DNA from: Eledone cirrhosa
Taxonomy: Eukaryota
DNA: 64,000 nt
Direction: 5' to 3'
NCBI GenBank assembly: GCA_964016885.1
Contig: OZ024746.1
Span: 41,602,001 to 41,666,000, forward strand
Below are positions 24,195 to 37,112 of the stretch, one piece after another (positions within the stretch are counted from its first letter, which is position 1; every line of letters starts with the position of its first letter). The translations under genes and the position numbers were made by a program. The notes below the pieces were generated by a model. That model saw nothing but the letters and a program-made list of their open reading frames with translations, searched no databases and was not told the origin of the DNA.

Positions 24195-24510
24195 CCGTAA
24201 AGTAGTTGTGTAGGTGAACACAACAAAAGGCACCCAGTCCACACTGTATAGTGGTCGTGAAGGTTTCACAACAAAAAGCACCCAGTCCACACTGTTAAGT
24301 AGACATGTAGGTGACATGGCAAAAAGCACCCAGTACTCACTGTAAATGAGGTTGACATTAGGAAGGGCATCCAGTTGTAGAAACCAAGCCAGAATCAGTT
24401 TTGTATGAGCAAGACATGGTCACCTGACCTAGCATTGCCCACAACAGGACAATTCATCTAACCCACTACCGTGGAAGAATGGATGTAAAACAGCAATGAT
24501 GTCGATGAAA
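24195..24510 (+). mobile_element. Family-B element with several tandem 45-bp-like 5' units
   Basis: aaaagcacccagtccacactgt repeated before ttaggaagggcatccag. Confidence 0.8.
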
Positions 24511-24515
24511 TATAT

Positions 24516-24705
24516 ATATGAAAAAATTCAGGACCCCGACGGCTGAGCTCCAGCCGTTTTGACAGCTATATCCGAACTGTTCGGATGTAGCTGTCGAAAT
24601 GGCTGGAGCTCAGCCGTCGGGGTCCTGAATCTTTTCATATTACCCACTCTACTACCCCAAGTATTGAGTACTCTGGTAGGTTATGGTCCACCTGAGATAA
24701 CACAT
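24516..24705 (+). mobile_element. Penelope-like pLTR (family F) with 62-bp inverted 5' copy and the 3' half of a hammerhead
   Basis: Near-perfect palindrome 24516-24640 centred on 24578; AGCTGTC-GAAAY-GGCTG-gagct-CAGCC-GTC; body shared with 36053 and 36778. Confidence 0.65.
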
Positions 24706-25583
24706 AGCAAAATATGTTTGGCCCTGTCGACAAGGGCCCTACAGAAATTCTTCTATCAGCACTTCAACAACACATGGAATCATTTGCCTTTTCATATAAA
24801 CAAAGATTCTCCAGCACAACACAGAGACCTTTTTCAACACTGTATTCATTTGTGACTGCTACCATCAAACTTAATAGTTTTATGATTTAAAGTAATCATA
24901 TTCTTTTTTCCTGAAGTGAAGTAAAGTCATATCTAACCCAAATTATTGTATTTGTTATGTTTAGCATCCTCTTTCATATCACTCACTAACTTCACTTTAT
25001 ATATATATATATATAGAGAGAGAGAGAAAGCTAGATTATAATTTTTTCCTCTGATAGTCTTTTGTCACAATATATAAATGTAATGCATGCATGTCTGTAT
25101 GTGTGTATGTGTGCTGTATATACTAGTAGATAAATCATATTTTTTTTACTAAAAATATGCTGGACATGAATCTATGTTACTTATCTAACGTTATCATGCT
25201 TTACCTTGAAATTTGCAAATATTCGTCCCCCCCCCCCCCCCACCTGCAATACACAGGCAAATGATTGAGTATGTATGACAACCTGGTCACATCATTACTA
25301 AGTCTATCTGAATATCAAGCATTGTAGACAAATATACATTGATGATGTCACATACAAAAACAAAATCAAGAGTTTGAACAGAATTTGATTCTCCTACAAA
25401 ACAAATGCACCCATGGTGATAAGTAGTCTCATGAATTTATATATATACAGAAGACCTGACTTCCCATGGGCACAGATCAAAGCTGAAGTATATATATAGC
25501 ATGCACTACCTCACTGCACCCATAACCATTCATCTCCCATGAGGACAAGCTGAAGTATACATCCAGTGAAGCCTCCAGCCTTC

Positions 25584-25897
25584 ACTATAAAGTGGTCATG
25601 TTGGCGACATGACAAAAAGCTCTCAGTCAACACAGTAAAGTGGTTGTGATGGCAACATGGCAAAAAGCGCTCAGTCCATGCTGTAAAGTGGTCGTGTATG
25701 TGTTATGACAAAAAGCACCCAGTATTCACTGTAAATGAGGTTGACATTAGGAAGGGCATCTAGCTGTAGAAACCAAGCGAAAATCAGTTCTGTATGAGCA
25801 AATCATGGTCACCTGATCTGGCATTGCTCACAACAGGATAACTTGTCTAACCTATGCCAGTGTGGAAAAATGGATGTTAAACAGTGATGATGATGAT
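25584..25897 (+). mobile_element. Family-B element with several tandem 5' units
   Basis: Close relative of 24195-24510; ends ggatgttaaacagtgatgatgatga. Confidence 0.8.
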
Positions 25898-26540
25898 ATG
25901 CATGCTACTGATGCAAACCATATATATGCAGTTCTATATCAGCTGGCTGTAATCCTAATGCCCATTATATACATTATATGCTGTATATATTCTCATTTAA
26001 TCAAGTGCCAAATAAAAAGCACTGGTTAAACTTATTATTTCAAATGTACTTTTTGAAAATTATTATTTAAATACTATCACAAGTGAAGTTACAAAGAGTA
26101 TTTATAAAAAAACAACAACATACAATAGCGATCTTTCGCCTTAGGTAGATGCACTGGAAATCACGATTTTCTATTTTTTTGTTTTGTTTTCAAAGTCACT
26201 AAACAGATCTATTACAGTTTAAGTAGCTGAGGGTGGTATTTATAATGAGTAAAAAAAATTAACAAAAAAAAAAAAAAAAAAAAATTAATGACAGCAAAGT
26301 ATAAACAATAAAGGTTTGTATTAACAAAAATGATAAAAACAAGAGTAAAAAATTATATGTGTACGTAACCTGTGTAACAATTACTAAAACAAAAACAAAT
26401 GAAGATGTGCAGCTTCCAGTGAGTTACCCTTAAATGAAGAATTACTCACATGACTTATATATAGGTCAAACAATGAATGCAAAATATTATAAACAAAAGG
26501 TGGGTGTGAGTTATTTACCACTGCAACTTATATACAAGCA

Positions 26541-26584
<44 letters not shown>

Positions 26585-26669
26585 CATCATCATCATCATC
26601 ATCATCTTCGTTTAACGTCCATCTTCCATGCTAGCATGGGTTATATATATATATATAAAAATATATATA

Positions 26670-27212
<543 letters not shown>

Positions 27213-27504
27213 ATATATATATGTATATGACTGATGAGTTTCAAAAAGCCACTAAAATGTTGTAGAAATATATAGATGGCTAAGGATGACAAATAAAACA
27301 AAAGAAAGTATATTTCCACATCATATTTCAGGGCTAATACCATCTTTTCAAATGTGAAGCAGAAACAGTTCAAAACAAAAATGAATGATTGATGTGTTCC
27401 TCCTTAACTGATCTACATGTCTGAAATATGCATTTTATATAATATATATAATTATCCTTATCATCATTTTACATCCACTTTCCATTCTACCATGGGTTAG
27501 AGTA

Positions 27505-27680
27505 TAAGATCCGCCAACACTACAGCTAATGTTCCCCCTCCATACACATACACACATGTATACCATGACTCATACACTATTCACTTCCCTGACATTTGTG
27601 TATTATTCTATGTACTATACATACACCTTTGACGAGTTGTAGTGCACCTGAGAACTTTACACAATAATTTCATTATTTAT
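27505..27680 (+). mobile_element. CR1/L2-group 3' tail
   Basis: cgccaacactaca..atgactcatacact..gagttgtagtgcacctgag matches 19800-19945. Confidence 0.75.
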
Positions 27681-27784
27681 ATTTATTTATTTATATATAT
27701 ATATTTTATAATGAAGGCTGATATTTGCTTTAACTAAAACTCAGGCAAATGAAATCTTAATCCCACAATCAACCTCACCCATCA

Positions 27785-28165
27785 ACCACACTAATTATAT
27801 ATTGAATTCAAACATGTCCTTCAAAACCAACCTGCTCCAATTACTGGTATGTAGGCAATAGACATCAGGCTGCCGCTGTCGAATTATGTAGTTTTTATAT
27901 TACTCCACAGTAACTAATTCCATATTAAGTAATTGGCATTGTACTCACATATAATTAGTATAACCACAAGAAACTACATTTGACCAATAATCCCAACCAG
28001 CCTGCCCCAGAATACAGATTGACACTAAAGCAAACTGCACACTTAGAAAACTCACATATACACCAAATCAAGAGTTCAAATCATAAAATCCAAACTAAAC
28101 AAACCGAAACAAATATAACAATAATATTCAAAAAAGAAACTTATTGCAAACAAAACAGAATCCAC
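27785..28165 (+). mobile_element. Possible Penelope-like GIY-YIG endonuclease remnant
   Basis: IY*IQTCPSKPTCSNYWYVG resembles IY.I.C..C..YIG; heavily degraded. Confidence 0.35.
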
Positions 28166-28166
28166 C

Positions 28167-28395
28167 CTAACCCATCAGCATTTACATTACTCTATATTTA
28201 CTATTGTATTTTCATGGTAAAGGCGTTACTTTACATAATTGTCTCACATAATATCGAATCTACAAGATTTTGATATTATTTATTTTGAGAACAATACCTT
28301 AACATAAGTATGAATGGCTGGTTACGACCGTTTTGAACAGAAAGAGGTGAGAAAATTCTGGCCGGATATGGCCGGTTTAAATGCTAAAGGGTTAA
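28167..28395 (+). mobile_element. piggyBac-type MITE family C
   Basis: cTAA-CCCATCAGCATTTA..TAAATGCTAAAGGG-TTAA. Confidence 0.9.
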
Positions 28396-28631
28396 AAAGT
28401 AAAGCAACATTATATCCAGGACTGACATCTGTTAATACATAAATGCCAGCCAATCTAATCCAACCTAGAAAAGTCTGAGTATGAACGGAATAAAAGGAAA
28501 ATAATAAAAGTCCACTCGGGAATGAATGCCTGGTAAAACATTTAGTTTATAAGTACAATATCACTACCTTCAACTCGACATATACGTACATAGAAGCTGT
28601 GTTGAATGAGTTTACATGGTAAGAGAAAAAG

Positions 28632-28720
28632 TCAATCAGGTTTTTGTTTGGAGGCATATGTTTCCAATTCGTTAATGATGCCTACTGCAGCAGAAACGTG
28701 TCTATAGCTGTCTCTTGTCT
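28632..28720 (-). CDS. Candidate terminal coding exon (phase 1) of an unidentified gene
   Basis: ttttgttttag acceptor, then xTRDSYRHVSAAVGIINELETYASKQKPD*; other frames stop earlier; no recognised homology. Confidence 0.2.
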
Positions 28721-29977
28721 CTAAAACAAAACCAGATTGTTTTTTGTTATTTTCTAATATGCTAAATCACCATGAATTTATTAATGATCTTCAGGCAAAA
28801 TGCTTGTAGAAGAGCAGATTATTTTCCTATCATGCATAAACATATATATACATATCATTGTTACCTATGTTGTTAACTCATATCTATATGAAAGTATTTG
28901 GCAGGATCGCACATGCTGTGATGCTTGGCAATATTAACAAAGCTAGCTGTTAATAGGCACTTTTGTACGTGGCTATGAAACCTGTATAAAAGCAGTGAGA
29001 AAATTATTTGAGCTAAAAGTTGGTGATTATTCTGATCATAAGTGCATTTGAAAAAAGATAATTTATTTCGTACTGATGAATCTATAAAGAACTATATAAT
29101 ATAGAAAATGTTTGAAATCTGAGAAGAAGGAGTTAGTTATTTAGGAAACCAATGTTAAGGTGGTAGTCACTTCCAGGTATTTCTATAGTATAATTTCATC
29201 AAGCAGATGGCTAAGTTGAATATAGAGGAAGAAGTCAATATGCTGTTTGTAATATAATAACTGAGAGCATATGATGTGTAACAGAATTTCAGGCAAATTT
29301 GACAGTAATTGAATACATTAAGTGCATTAAATTCACTGGTGGTGCACTTAAAGTGACATCGGAAGGTCAAGAGGTGATGGATTTGGTTAGAGTGGAAGAC
29401 AAGCACTGTTATTGAAGTGACCAAATCATTTCTAAAAGTGAAATAAGTAATAGTGTTATGTTTAAAGTGAGAAGTAGAAGCACAAATTTTAAGGAAATAC
29501 TACTGTAACCGATGATGGAAGAATCCTTTGTGTAAACAACAAAGAAATAAAACAAAACCCCCAAAAATATTGCTTGATGCATCTAAAAAAGGTGGTACTC
29601 TATGGTATTGGAACATGGACAGGAAAGACTTCATTAGAAGAAGGGAAATGATTAATAAAGATTATATATGTAAATCATGAGAGAGAGGGGGGTTGGAAAT
29701 GAGAGAGGAGTGAGGTAGTGATAGAGAATTGACAAATAACTGAGCTATAAAAATGTCTTAAAATTTGATAAGAATTTGTAAATTGGAAAAATACTTCAGC
29801 ATTTATCCAATTTACGAATTCTCAGTATTTGACCTTAGAGAAGAATTATGAAAACATATCTAGCTGATGAGAAACACACTAGCCAGTATCATTTGTAGGA
29901 AAATGCCTAAAAGAGTGACCAAAATGTAAAATATGTGTTAGGGAGCATAACTTATTTCACTTGACTTATTAATCAAG

Positions 29978-30212
29978 TACCATACATACTCGAATGTAAG
30001 CCAAGAAATATGTGACCCTCTAAAAAAAAAAAAAAAAAATCGATGGTAAGATGGCGGGGTGGGGTGGGGGGTGAATTATATATGCCATCTAAACTGTGTT
30101 GATTAGCTGCTTAAGTTTATAAATGGGGTTTGGTTTTTTGCCCATTTCTTAAACATAAAAGGGGTGGTGGTGACTTATATTCAAATTAATTTATAATTGA
30201 GTATATATGGTA
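29978..30212. mobile_element. Tc1/mariner/pogo-type MITE
   Basis: TA-ccatacatactcgaatgtaagcc ... ttataattgagtatatatgg-TA inverted termini. Confidence 0.7.
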
Positions 30213-30414
30213 ATATGCTCTTTGTTGTCAGCGGCATGAATGTCACATTTAGAAAAGGTCATTTTGTATATAGGTGATCTTTGCTATTGTTGGCAATATT
30301 ATAAATTGTTGAATTACTGATCATATTTGGATTTCTGAAGCATTTTAATCTACAAGATCAGATTTCAACAAGCCTATTTTATCATAGATTAAAAGTTAGA
30401 AATTAGACCATTGA

Positions 30415-30670
30415 TTAACCGTTTGCTTACCACATTATTAATGAAGGAACTGCTTATGATCTTTTATGATTTTCAACTAACCAAGAATATGGTGAGATAT
30501 AGTAATACAGCTAACTTTTTAATTGTTAAGCTGGTGTTTGGAACTTAACTTAAAGGTTATTACAAAGAATTATAATGGAAGGTTTATCTTAGATAAATAT
30601 AAACACATTAAAATAGGTTGTAACATAAAACCAATAACAGTTTCAGGTGATTTGGTATCAAATGTGTTAA
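30415..30670 (+). mobile_element. TTAA-flanked MITE family D
   Basis: TTAAccgtttgcttacca / tggtatcaaatgtgTTAA; internal aagctggtgtttgga and agtttcagg shared with 35540 and 41598. Confidence 0.65.
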
Positions 30671-31389
30671 ACTACTATGCATCTCAATTACATTTTGTTG
30701 ACAAGGATAGTGACAGTGGCAATAACTTAGAAATAGTTTCCATGGAAAAGTATGAAAAAGTTTTGAAGTGAAGATATGTCAACATAAGCAGGACAAAACT
30801 GACATCAAAAAGAATTACACTTGCATTCGAATATCTCTCTCTGGTCTGTATCTTCTTAGTCCTTAAATATCCCATCTTTCTCTTTGTTAAGATGTCGTTA
30901 TCTTTCCATTGTTTATATACTTAAATCTCTATGCTTGCAGATTGCTATCAGAAATAATCTTCTCTTGATATTGTCTTCTGCTCTGCCCTTGAAATATACA
31001 ACAAAATCTAGACACCATTGGACATGTAAGCAATCAAATGTTAATCGACTAAAGTTTATACTAGATGTGATATAAAGGCAAAATCAAAAGTTGGCTTTAT
31101 ATTGTAAAGCAGTTAATTAAGAGACAGACACAAGGCCAGTATTATGTCATACTATCCTGGAATTTGGAATAGCTCTTATTCTCAAATAATCCTGATTATC
31201 TGCTGAAGATGCATAAAGCACATCACTAATCAAGAATAAGCTGTCTAAACTGCATTGAGATATAACAATTTTAATATAAAATGACAAGACTGTTAAGTAG
31301 GAAAACAGATGTAAGATATTAATACTGATTACCATCATGCATTGTTTTCATTCTTCAATAGTTATTCCTCTCCATTTTTTATTAATTCC

Positions 31390-32010
31390 TCCATTTCATG
31401 TTAAAAAGAAGTCAGACAGTTGATTTTCAAAATATAATTTTCAATAGAATTTGAAAATTTTGACCTTTTGAGTACCACTTCAATTATTTGAATAGACAAA
31501 AACTAGTTGGAACAAGGTTTAGGCTGATGTTCAAGAGAAGTAATTGCTAATTCTTCAATTATTGATGAGAATGTATCCAAAGTATGTATTGGGGCATTGT
31601 TGTATAAGAAAATACAATTTCTCTTAACATTCTCTTACATTCACTTCTTTTCCTCTATTACTCTGCATTGATTACAAAGCTTTTGCCTATGAATGCCAAC
31701 AGGAAAATGCATTTCTGTATTATCGAATAGAAAACACCATTGATTTTCGTTGCAAGGTGTCTCTTCACTTCTTCAAAAATATTTTACCATGACAGAATTT
31801 CCATTAACCTGCATCACACTTTATTTTGGAAAGAAATAAGCTCAGTGGAATTTCTTTCAATGTTACTAAACTTGGTACTAAACATTTGCCAAATTCTACC
31901 TTAAGTTATAAATTGATCTGACAAGCAACGAGTCCTCTGTACACAGCAATTTCTCTTTCCAATAGCCAAGGGAGAAACTTTGAGCAGAGCTTTCTGATTC
32001 CTATACCACT
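31390..32010 (-). pseudogene. Degenerate mariner transposase remnant
   Basis: IRKLCSKFLPWLL (WVP-motif-like), CIFLYNNAPIHT (LLHDNARPH-like) and SPNLVPTS..LFK (YSPDLAP-like) in order, with stops and frameshifts. Confidence 0.6.
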
Positions 32011-33354
32011 AGATTGAACCCATGCAGTTATTTATGACACATGAAATATCTTTAACGGATATCTGATGATTGGTTTCAATAATTGAAATTACTGCTATAA
32101 CTTATCTAAGAGAAAGAGAAATATATAATAATATTATTACCATATGTTCTTATATCTTATAAACAATATGTAATATGAAACATCTCACATTTATTCGGAT
32201 TTGAGTCTTCTTGTAAACCCTGTTAAAAATGAAATAAAGTTAAGAGGTTTCCAAGATATAAAGTGTGTATTCTAAATATTGTAGAAAATTGTCCTCATTT
32301 ACGTTTGTCACTTCTAATTATGATTATTTCAAATTTGGTGATACTATTCTACAAACTAACTTGACATTTCAGATGCAAGCATCATAAAGTGTTGTCAAGT
32401 ATGCATACAGTTATTCAACAACTCAAATATATATCGCGCAACTTAAAAACAAAAACAAACATTACATTTTTCAGACACAGGAACTGTGCAAAAAAACCTC
32501 ACAGTCCCTGTATATGTAAGTCTAACAATTTGTGAAAATCTCAACTGAGGGTCTTCATTCATCATAGTGCAACAACATGTATCATGATGTAATGTTCATG
32601 GCAAAATATATATATTCATACTTGAACAAATAATTATAATTTTCAGAGCAGAAATACATTATATTATAGAGTATTGTGCTGGTACCTCAATAAAATACAC
32701 CCAGTACACTCTGTAAAAAGGTTGATGATTGAACGGAGATGATATAGGATAGAGAAAATACTTCAGTCTCACTGAACATATAATAACCTCTGTGGTACTA
32801 GTGCATTGATAAAATGCGCCCAGTACACTCATTTAAGAGATAGTGCTGGTGTCATGATAATATGTATTTGCAATATTTTGTAAAGTGGATGGCATTAGGA
32901 AGGAAATACATCCATGGAAACCATGCCATATATGGAATATATGAGTCAGATGATGTTTATCCGACCTATCCAATCAATGCCAGCATGGAAGATGTATGTA
33001 AAAGAATGATGATGTTCATACACCTAAAAATGTTGCACCCACCATACAGAACTACTAAGAAAAAGGTTTCTGATGTATAAGGAAGCCAATATTTGCAAGC
33101 CTTCTAAAAGCACGCCCCTTTCTATCCTATAACTTAGTGGCCTAACAAAATGAGTACCAGAGTGAAAGAAGTACTGCTAATAGGATTTAGCTTTTGTTGT
33201 TGTTATTGTTTTTCTTGTCCAAAAATAGATACATTGGTAAATATAAATAACTAGTTAACAATAGATTGAGAGTCAGATAGAGAGACATATAGATAGAAAG
33301 GTAGGTATATAGTAGATAGATAAATAAATAAAGAAAGCGATGAAAGCTGTATAA

Positions 33355-34373
33355 ACAACTGCAGAGAAAGTTAATGAGGGATGACTTTAAGAATCTGAAC
33401 CTCATAACAGAGATGTCAAAGAACCATGAGGATTGTTGGCATGTTGTGCTGGTGAAGACCTGTCTATCAGCATAACACTTTATCTAACCTGACCAGTTTA
33501 CTTATTCCCCTCCCCTATATATCACCCTTTAGTTGCTATCCTGAATATCACTGTAACCCCACCTATTATACTCCTCCACCCCTATAGTAGCTATTCTGAA
33601 CTCACACCCTATCATACCCCTCCACTCACAAATTACCACCTTCGTCCTTGTGGCAATTATTTTAAGCATTACTATACACCCACCTTTACTCTATCCAGGA
33701 CTTCCTCCAACTCCAGTAAATCTTAACACCCACACTAGCCAGGGTCATCCCCCACCTATCCCTCTCCTCTACTGTAGATCCTCTCCGAAAACTCAAACAA
33801 ACACATCATAACACTCAAATAGCTGTTATTACTACAGTTTTTCCTGTACAGCCAGACATCTTCCCTCCCATCCATCACCATTCACTTTGTCAAATACCAC
33901 CCCTTTTACCACCTGCTCATAACATACAACCTCCCCCTAGTTTGTGGGATAAAGAAGGTTCCTCAGTTGAGTTGATGAATATATACTCTCTAGTGCTGGT
34001 GTTAAAATATAAGTACCCTGTAAAGTGGTTGGCATGAGGAAGGGCACCTCACTGTAGACTCCATGCCAAAAGGGTCGAAAGGACTCTTTAGTTGTGTCAA
34101 GGGCACAACAACCATTCTAGTGTTGGTGATATAAATGATGAATGCTACCAGGGCATCCAGCATTAGAAAACATACCAAACAAAGGGTTGGGAAGACACTT
34201 CAGCTTTGCCAAAGACATGACAGCTTCCTATGTGTTGTTGCCATGATAAAATGTATTCACTAGAGTACGGAATCATATGTCAAACTCCCAACCTGAAAGT
34301 CAAAGGCTTCACTTGAGTACTGACTGGTCTAAGACGATATGTCCAACAGTTGCTAGTAGGGAAAACAAATGTT
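33355..34373 (+). mobile_element. Old RTE 3' end with C-rich UTR and family-B terminus
   Basis: DFKNLNLITEMSKNHEDCWHVVLVKTCL resembles the 23027 ORF end; gtaaagtggttggcatgaggaagggcac downstream. Confidence 0.5.
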
Positions 34374-34391
34374 AACAATGATCATGATAAT

Positions 34392-34572
34392 TGTTTCTAC
34401 TTTAGGCACAAGGCCAGCAATTACCCAGTGCATTACTAGTACTTTATTTTATCAACCCCGTAAGGATGAAAGGCAAAATCAACCTCGGCGGGATTTGAAC
34501 TCAGATCGTAAAGGGACGTAACTATGCTGGAAAGCATAGCGTCCGACCCTCTACCGATACTGCCAATCCACC
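34392..34572 (-). mobile_element. SINE-A with perfect 18-bp TSD
   Basis: aacaatgatcatgataat at 34374-34391 and 34573-34590. Confidence 0.92.
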
Positions 34573-35057
34573 AACAATGATCATGATAATGATGAAGATA
34601 TATATGTGTTTGTGTTTGTATGTGTGAATCTTTGTGTGTGTGTGTGCATATATATATATAGACATTTCTTTTGATGCACACAATCACGAACATACACAAT
34701 ACATACTTAAATGCAGACATGCAGTGATGCATATGCAAAAATGTACCAAAGCTCATGTATGCTTGCACTAATAATAATCTTAAATATCTAAGCTTGCATT
34801 TCTATCCAAGTATATTTACAAAATGCATTGTGCACAATAAGTACATGTGTACATAAGTCCATATAGAGAATTATTTATGCATAGAGGTACATATACATAT
34901 AAATATATGTGTACACATATAAGTGTTGGATTGATTTAAATTTAGATGTGAATGCATAATAGAAAATTACAAATATATGATACAAAAGAACATTAACTAT
35001 GCATGTAAATGTGTGAATGTTTTACACTTGTATGTATATTACACACACATATATATA

Positions 35058-35225
35058 CACACTGTAAATGTGGTTGGTGTTAGGAAGGGCATCCAGCTGT
35101 AGAAAACCCACCAGACAGTCCTATGCGAGCAAGGCAACCACTCTTGCCTCAAGTGAGAAAACTCCCGTCCAAACCCATGCAAGCGTGGAACATGGACGTT
35201 AAACGATGATGATGATGATGATGAT
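35058..35225 (+). mobile_element. RTE 3' UTR / family-B terminus
   Basis: Close match to 23450-23609, with (GAT)n tail. Confidence 0.85.
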
Positions 35226-35539
35226 ACACACACATATATGTATGTACAGTTGACCCTTAGGTAACAAGTCTAATTTATTTCAAACTCTCTGTCAAAAGAT
35301 AAGTCTACATGCTAAGCATTCTTTTAAAAATTAATAAAGCAGAAATTATTAATAAAAATAGATGCATTAGGTAAAAAAAAACAATGTAATGATTGTACAG
35401 TAATATAATAAATTGAAAGAATAAATATACTAAAAAAATAAGTGCCTTTAATTTATTATTTTGTTTAATTCTGGTTTATCCTTTGATATACAACATTAAC
35501 AGAAGAGTGTAAACGAAGGGAAGTAATCCAAAATAACAT

Positions 35540-35782
35540 TTAACCCCTTCATAACCATATTTCCAATAAAGGACACTGGCTATGATTTTCAAATCATTTT
35601 GAAAATAATCAAGGACTTGGAGGGATTTAGCAATATATGAGAGCTAAAATTCTCATTATTAAGCTGGTGTTTGGATGATAACTTAGGTGAGGTTCTTGCA
35701 TGAATTTATGATGAATACTTTAAAACAAACAGTCTTGTATTATAGAACCAGAAGTGGTTTCAGGCAGTTTATTATCAAAAGA
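35540..35782 (+). mobile_element. MITE family D
   Basis: TTAAccccttcataacca..gattttcaaatca..aagctggtgtttgga..tttcaggcagttt..tatcaaaaga. Confidence 0.65.
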
Positions 35783-36052
35783 CATGCACACACACACACA
35801 TATGTTGGTAATTTACATGATAAACACACCCTGTACACACATTAAGGTGATTGATGATAGGAAAGGCATCCATCTGCAGAAAACTTGGCAAACAATGCCA
35901 TGATAAAATATACTTGGTAGATTGTAGAAACGTTTTGTAAGCAAGGTGCAGGTCAGCAGCTGGCTTGCCTAAGCACTCACTAACAACAAAGAACATGGAC
36001 ATTAAGTGGCTATGGATGCATCCTAGCAACCATACAACATATATATATTTAT

Positions 36053-36197
36053 AGAAAAAGAGTCAGGACCCCGACGGCTAAGCTCCGTTTCGACAGCTAG
36101 GTCCTGACTCTTTTCCTATTACCCACTCTACTACCATAAGTATTGAGTACTCTGGTGTGTTATGGTCCACCTGGTATCTTACCACACCCTCTTTGTT
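36053..36197 (+). mobile_element. Penelope-like pLTR family F with inverted 5' segment, in (TA)n
   Basis: Inverted gagtcaggaccccgacggct..gtttcgacagct, then direct ggtcctgactcttttcctattacccactctactacc..tattgagtactctggt. Confidence 0.65.
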
Positions 36198-36215
36198 ATA
36201 TATATAAGTATATAT

Positions 36216-36750
36216 AATCATAGAAATATATATCTTCTGATGAAGAGACAGAAATCTCCAAAATGCACAAGAGTAATCAATTATGTTTTTTTTTTTTCTA
36301 TTTACAGAGGAAAATCTAGAGAATTTACACTTCATTCTTTTTGTGGTAAGGGTTTCTAATTTGTTTTATCCATATTAAATTTACCTTACATCTTCTAGTG
36401 TGTTTTAGTATAAATATTCGTTATTGAATTGAATATGTTGTCAAAAATATACACATCATGCAAATTAGACAAATTGCTTAAACTGCCTGACATATATAGC
36501 ATTTCAGTTAAGTTAGACATGTCCTGGACCAATACTGGCCGAAACCTATCAAAGTTAATATACTACTGCATACAGAATCATACAAATAGTTATCTTCTGA
36601 TGAGGAGACAAAAAATCTTGAAATGCATAAAGGTAATATGTGTACAGATGAATAGCTGAAAATGTTTAAAATGTATTCTTTTCATAGTGAAGGTTTCTAA
36701 CTTAAAATTTGTAGTTATATCTACATTAAATTTGCCTTAAATCTTCACAT
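36216..36750 (+). ncRNA. Two diverged tandem units (period 360 bp), each with a minimal type I hammerhead motif (36233-36272, 36593-36633)
   Basis: The two copies imply TCTT-CTGATGA-GGAGA-caRaaa-TCTCC-GAAAC-GCGT(C/A)-AAGA; most departures are CpG-type transitions. Confidence 0.55.
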
Positions 36751-36777
36751 ATCAATAGATAAATATATATATATATA

Positions 36778-36879
36778 GGAACGAGTAGGACCCCGACGGC
36801 TATTACCCACTCTACTACCCTAAGTATTGAGTACTTTGGTGCGTTATGGTCCACCTGGTTCCTTACCACATTTCCTTCG

Positions 36880-36881
<2 letters not shown>
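36778..36881 (+). mobile_element. Penelope-like pLTR family F, shortest inverted segment, in (TA)n
   Basis: aggaccccgacggct plus attacccactctactaccctaagtattgagtactttggt..ggtccacctgg. Confidence 0.65.
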
Positions 36882-36909
<28 letters not shown>

Positions 36910-36912
<3 letters not shown>

Positions 36913-37112
36913 TGGTTACACAACAGTTAGTTCGCCATACCGAGAACAATTGTTTCACCTTAGCGGATCCTCAGCTCGTAATCTGAGGATCCGCTAAGGT
37001 GAAACAATTGTTCTCAGTATGGTGAACTAACTGTTGTGTAACCACTTCTACCTAAATCGTCCCATGGACTGAGTGCTCTACCACTACGGATATTACCTTC
37101 CAGTGTTCTACC

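Noticed and set aside
24195-24360. CRISPR-like reading of the 45-bp units (also 2620-2751 and 38325-38620)
   Set aside because: Degenerate tandem units without unique spacers, eukaryotic context, no cas genes
30734-30748. Additional X-box-like GTTTCCATGGAAAA (and 34236-34250)
   Set aside because: Imperfect half-site; expected by chance or inside repeats
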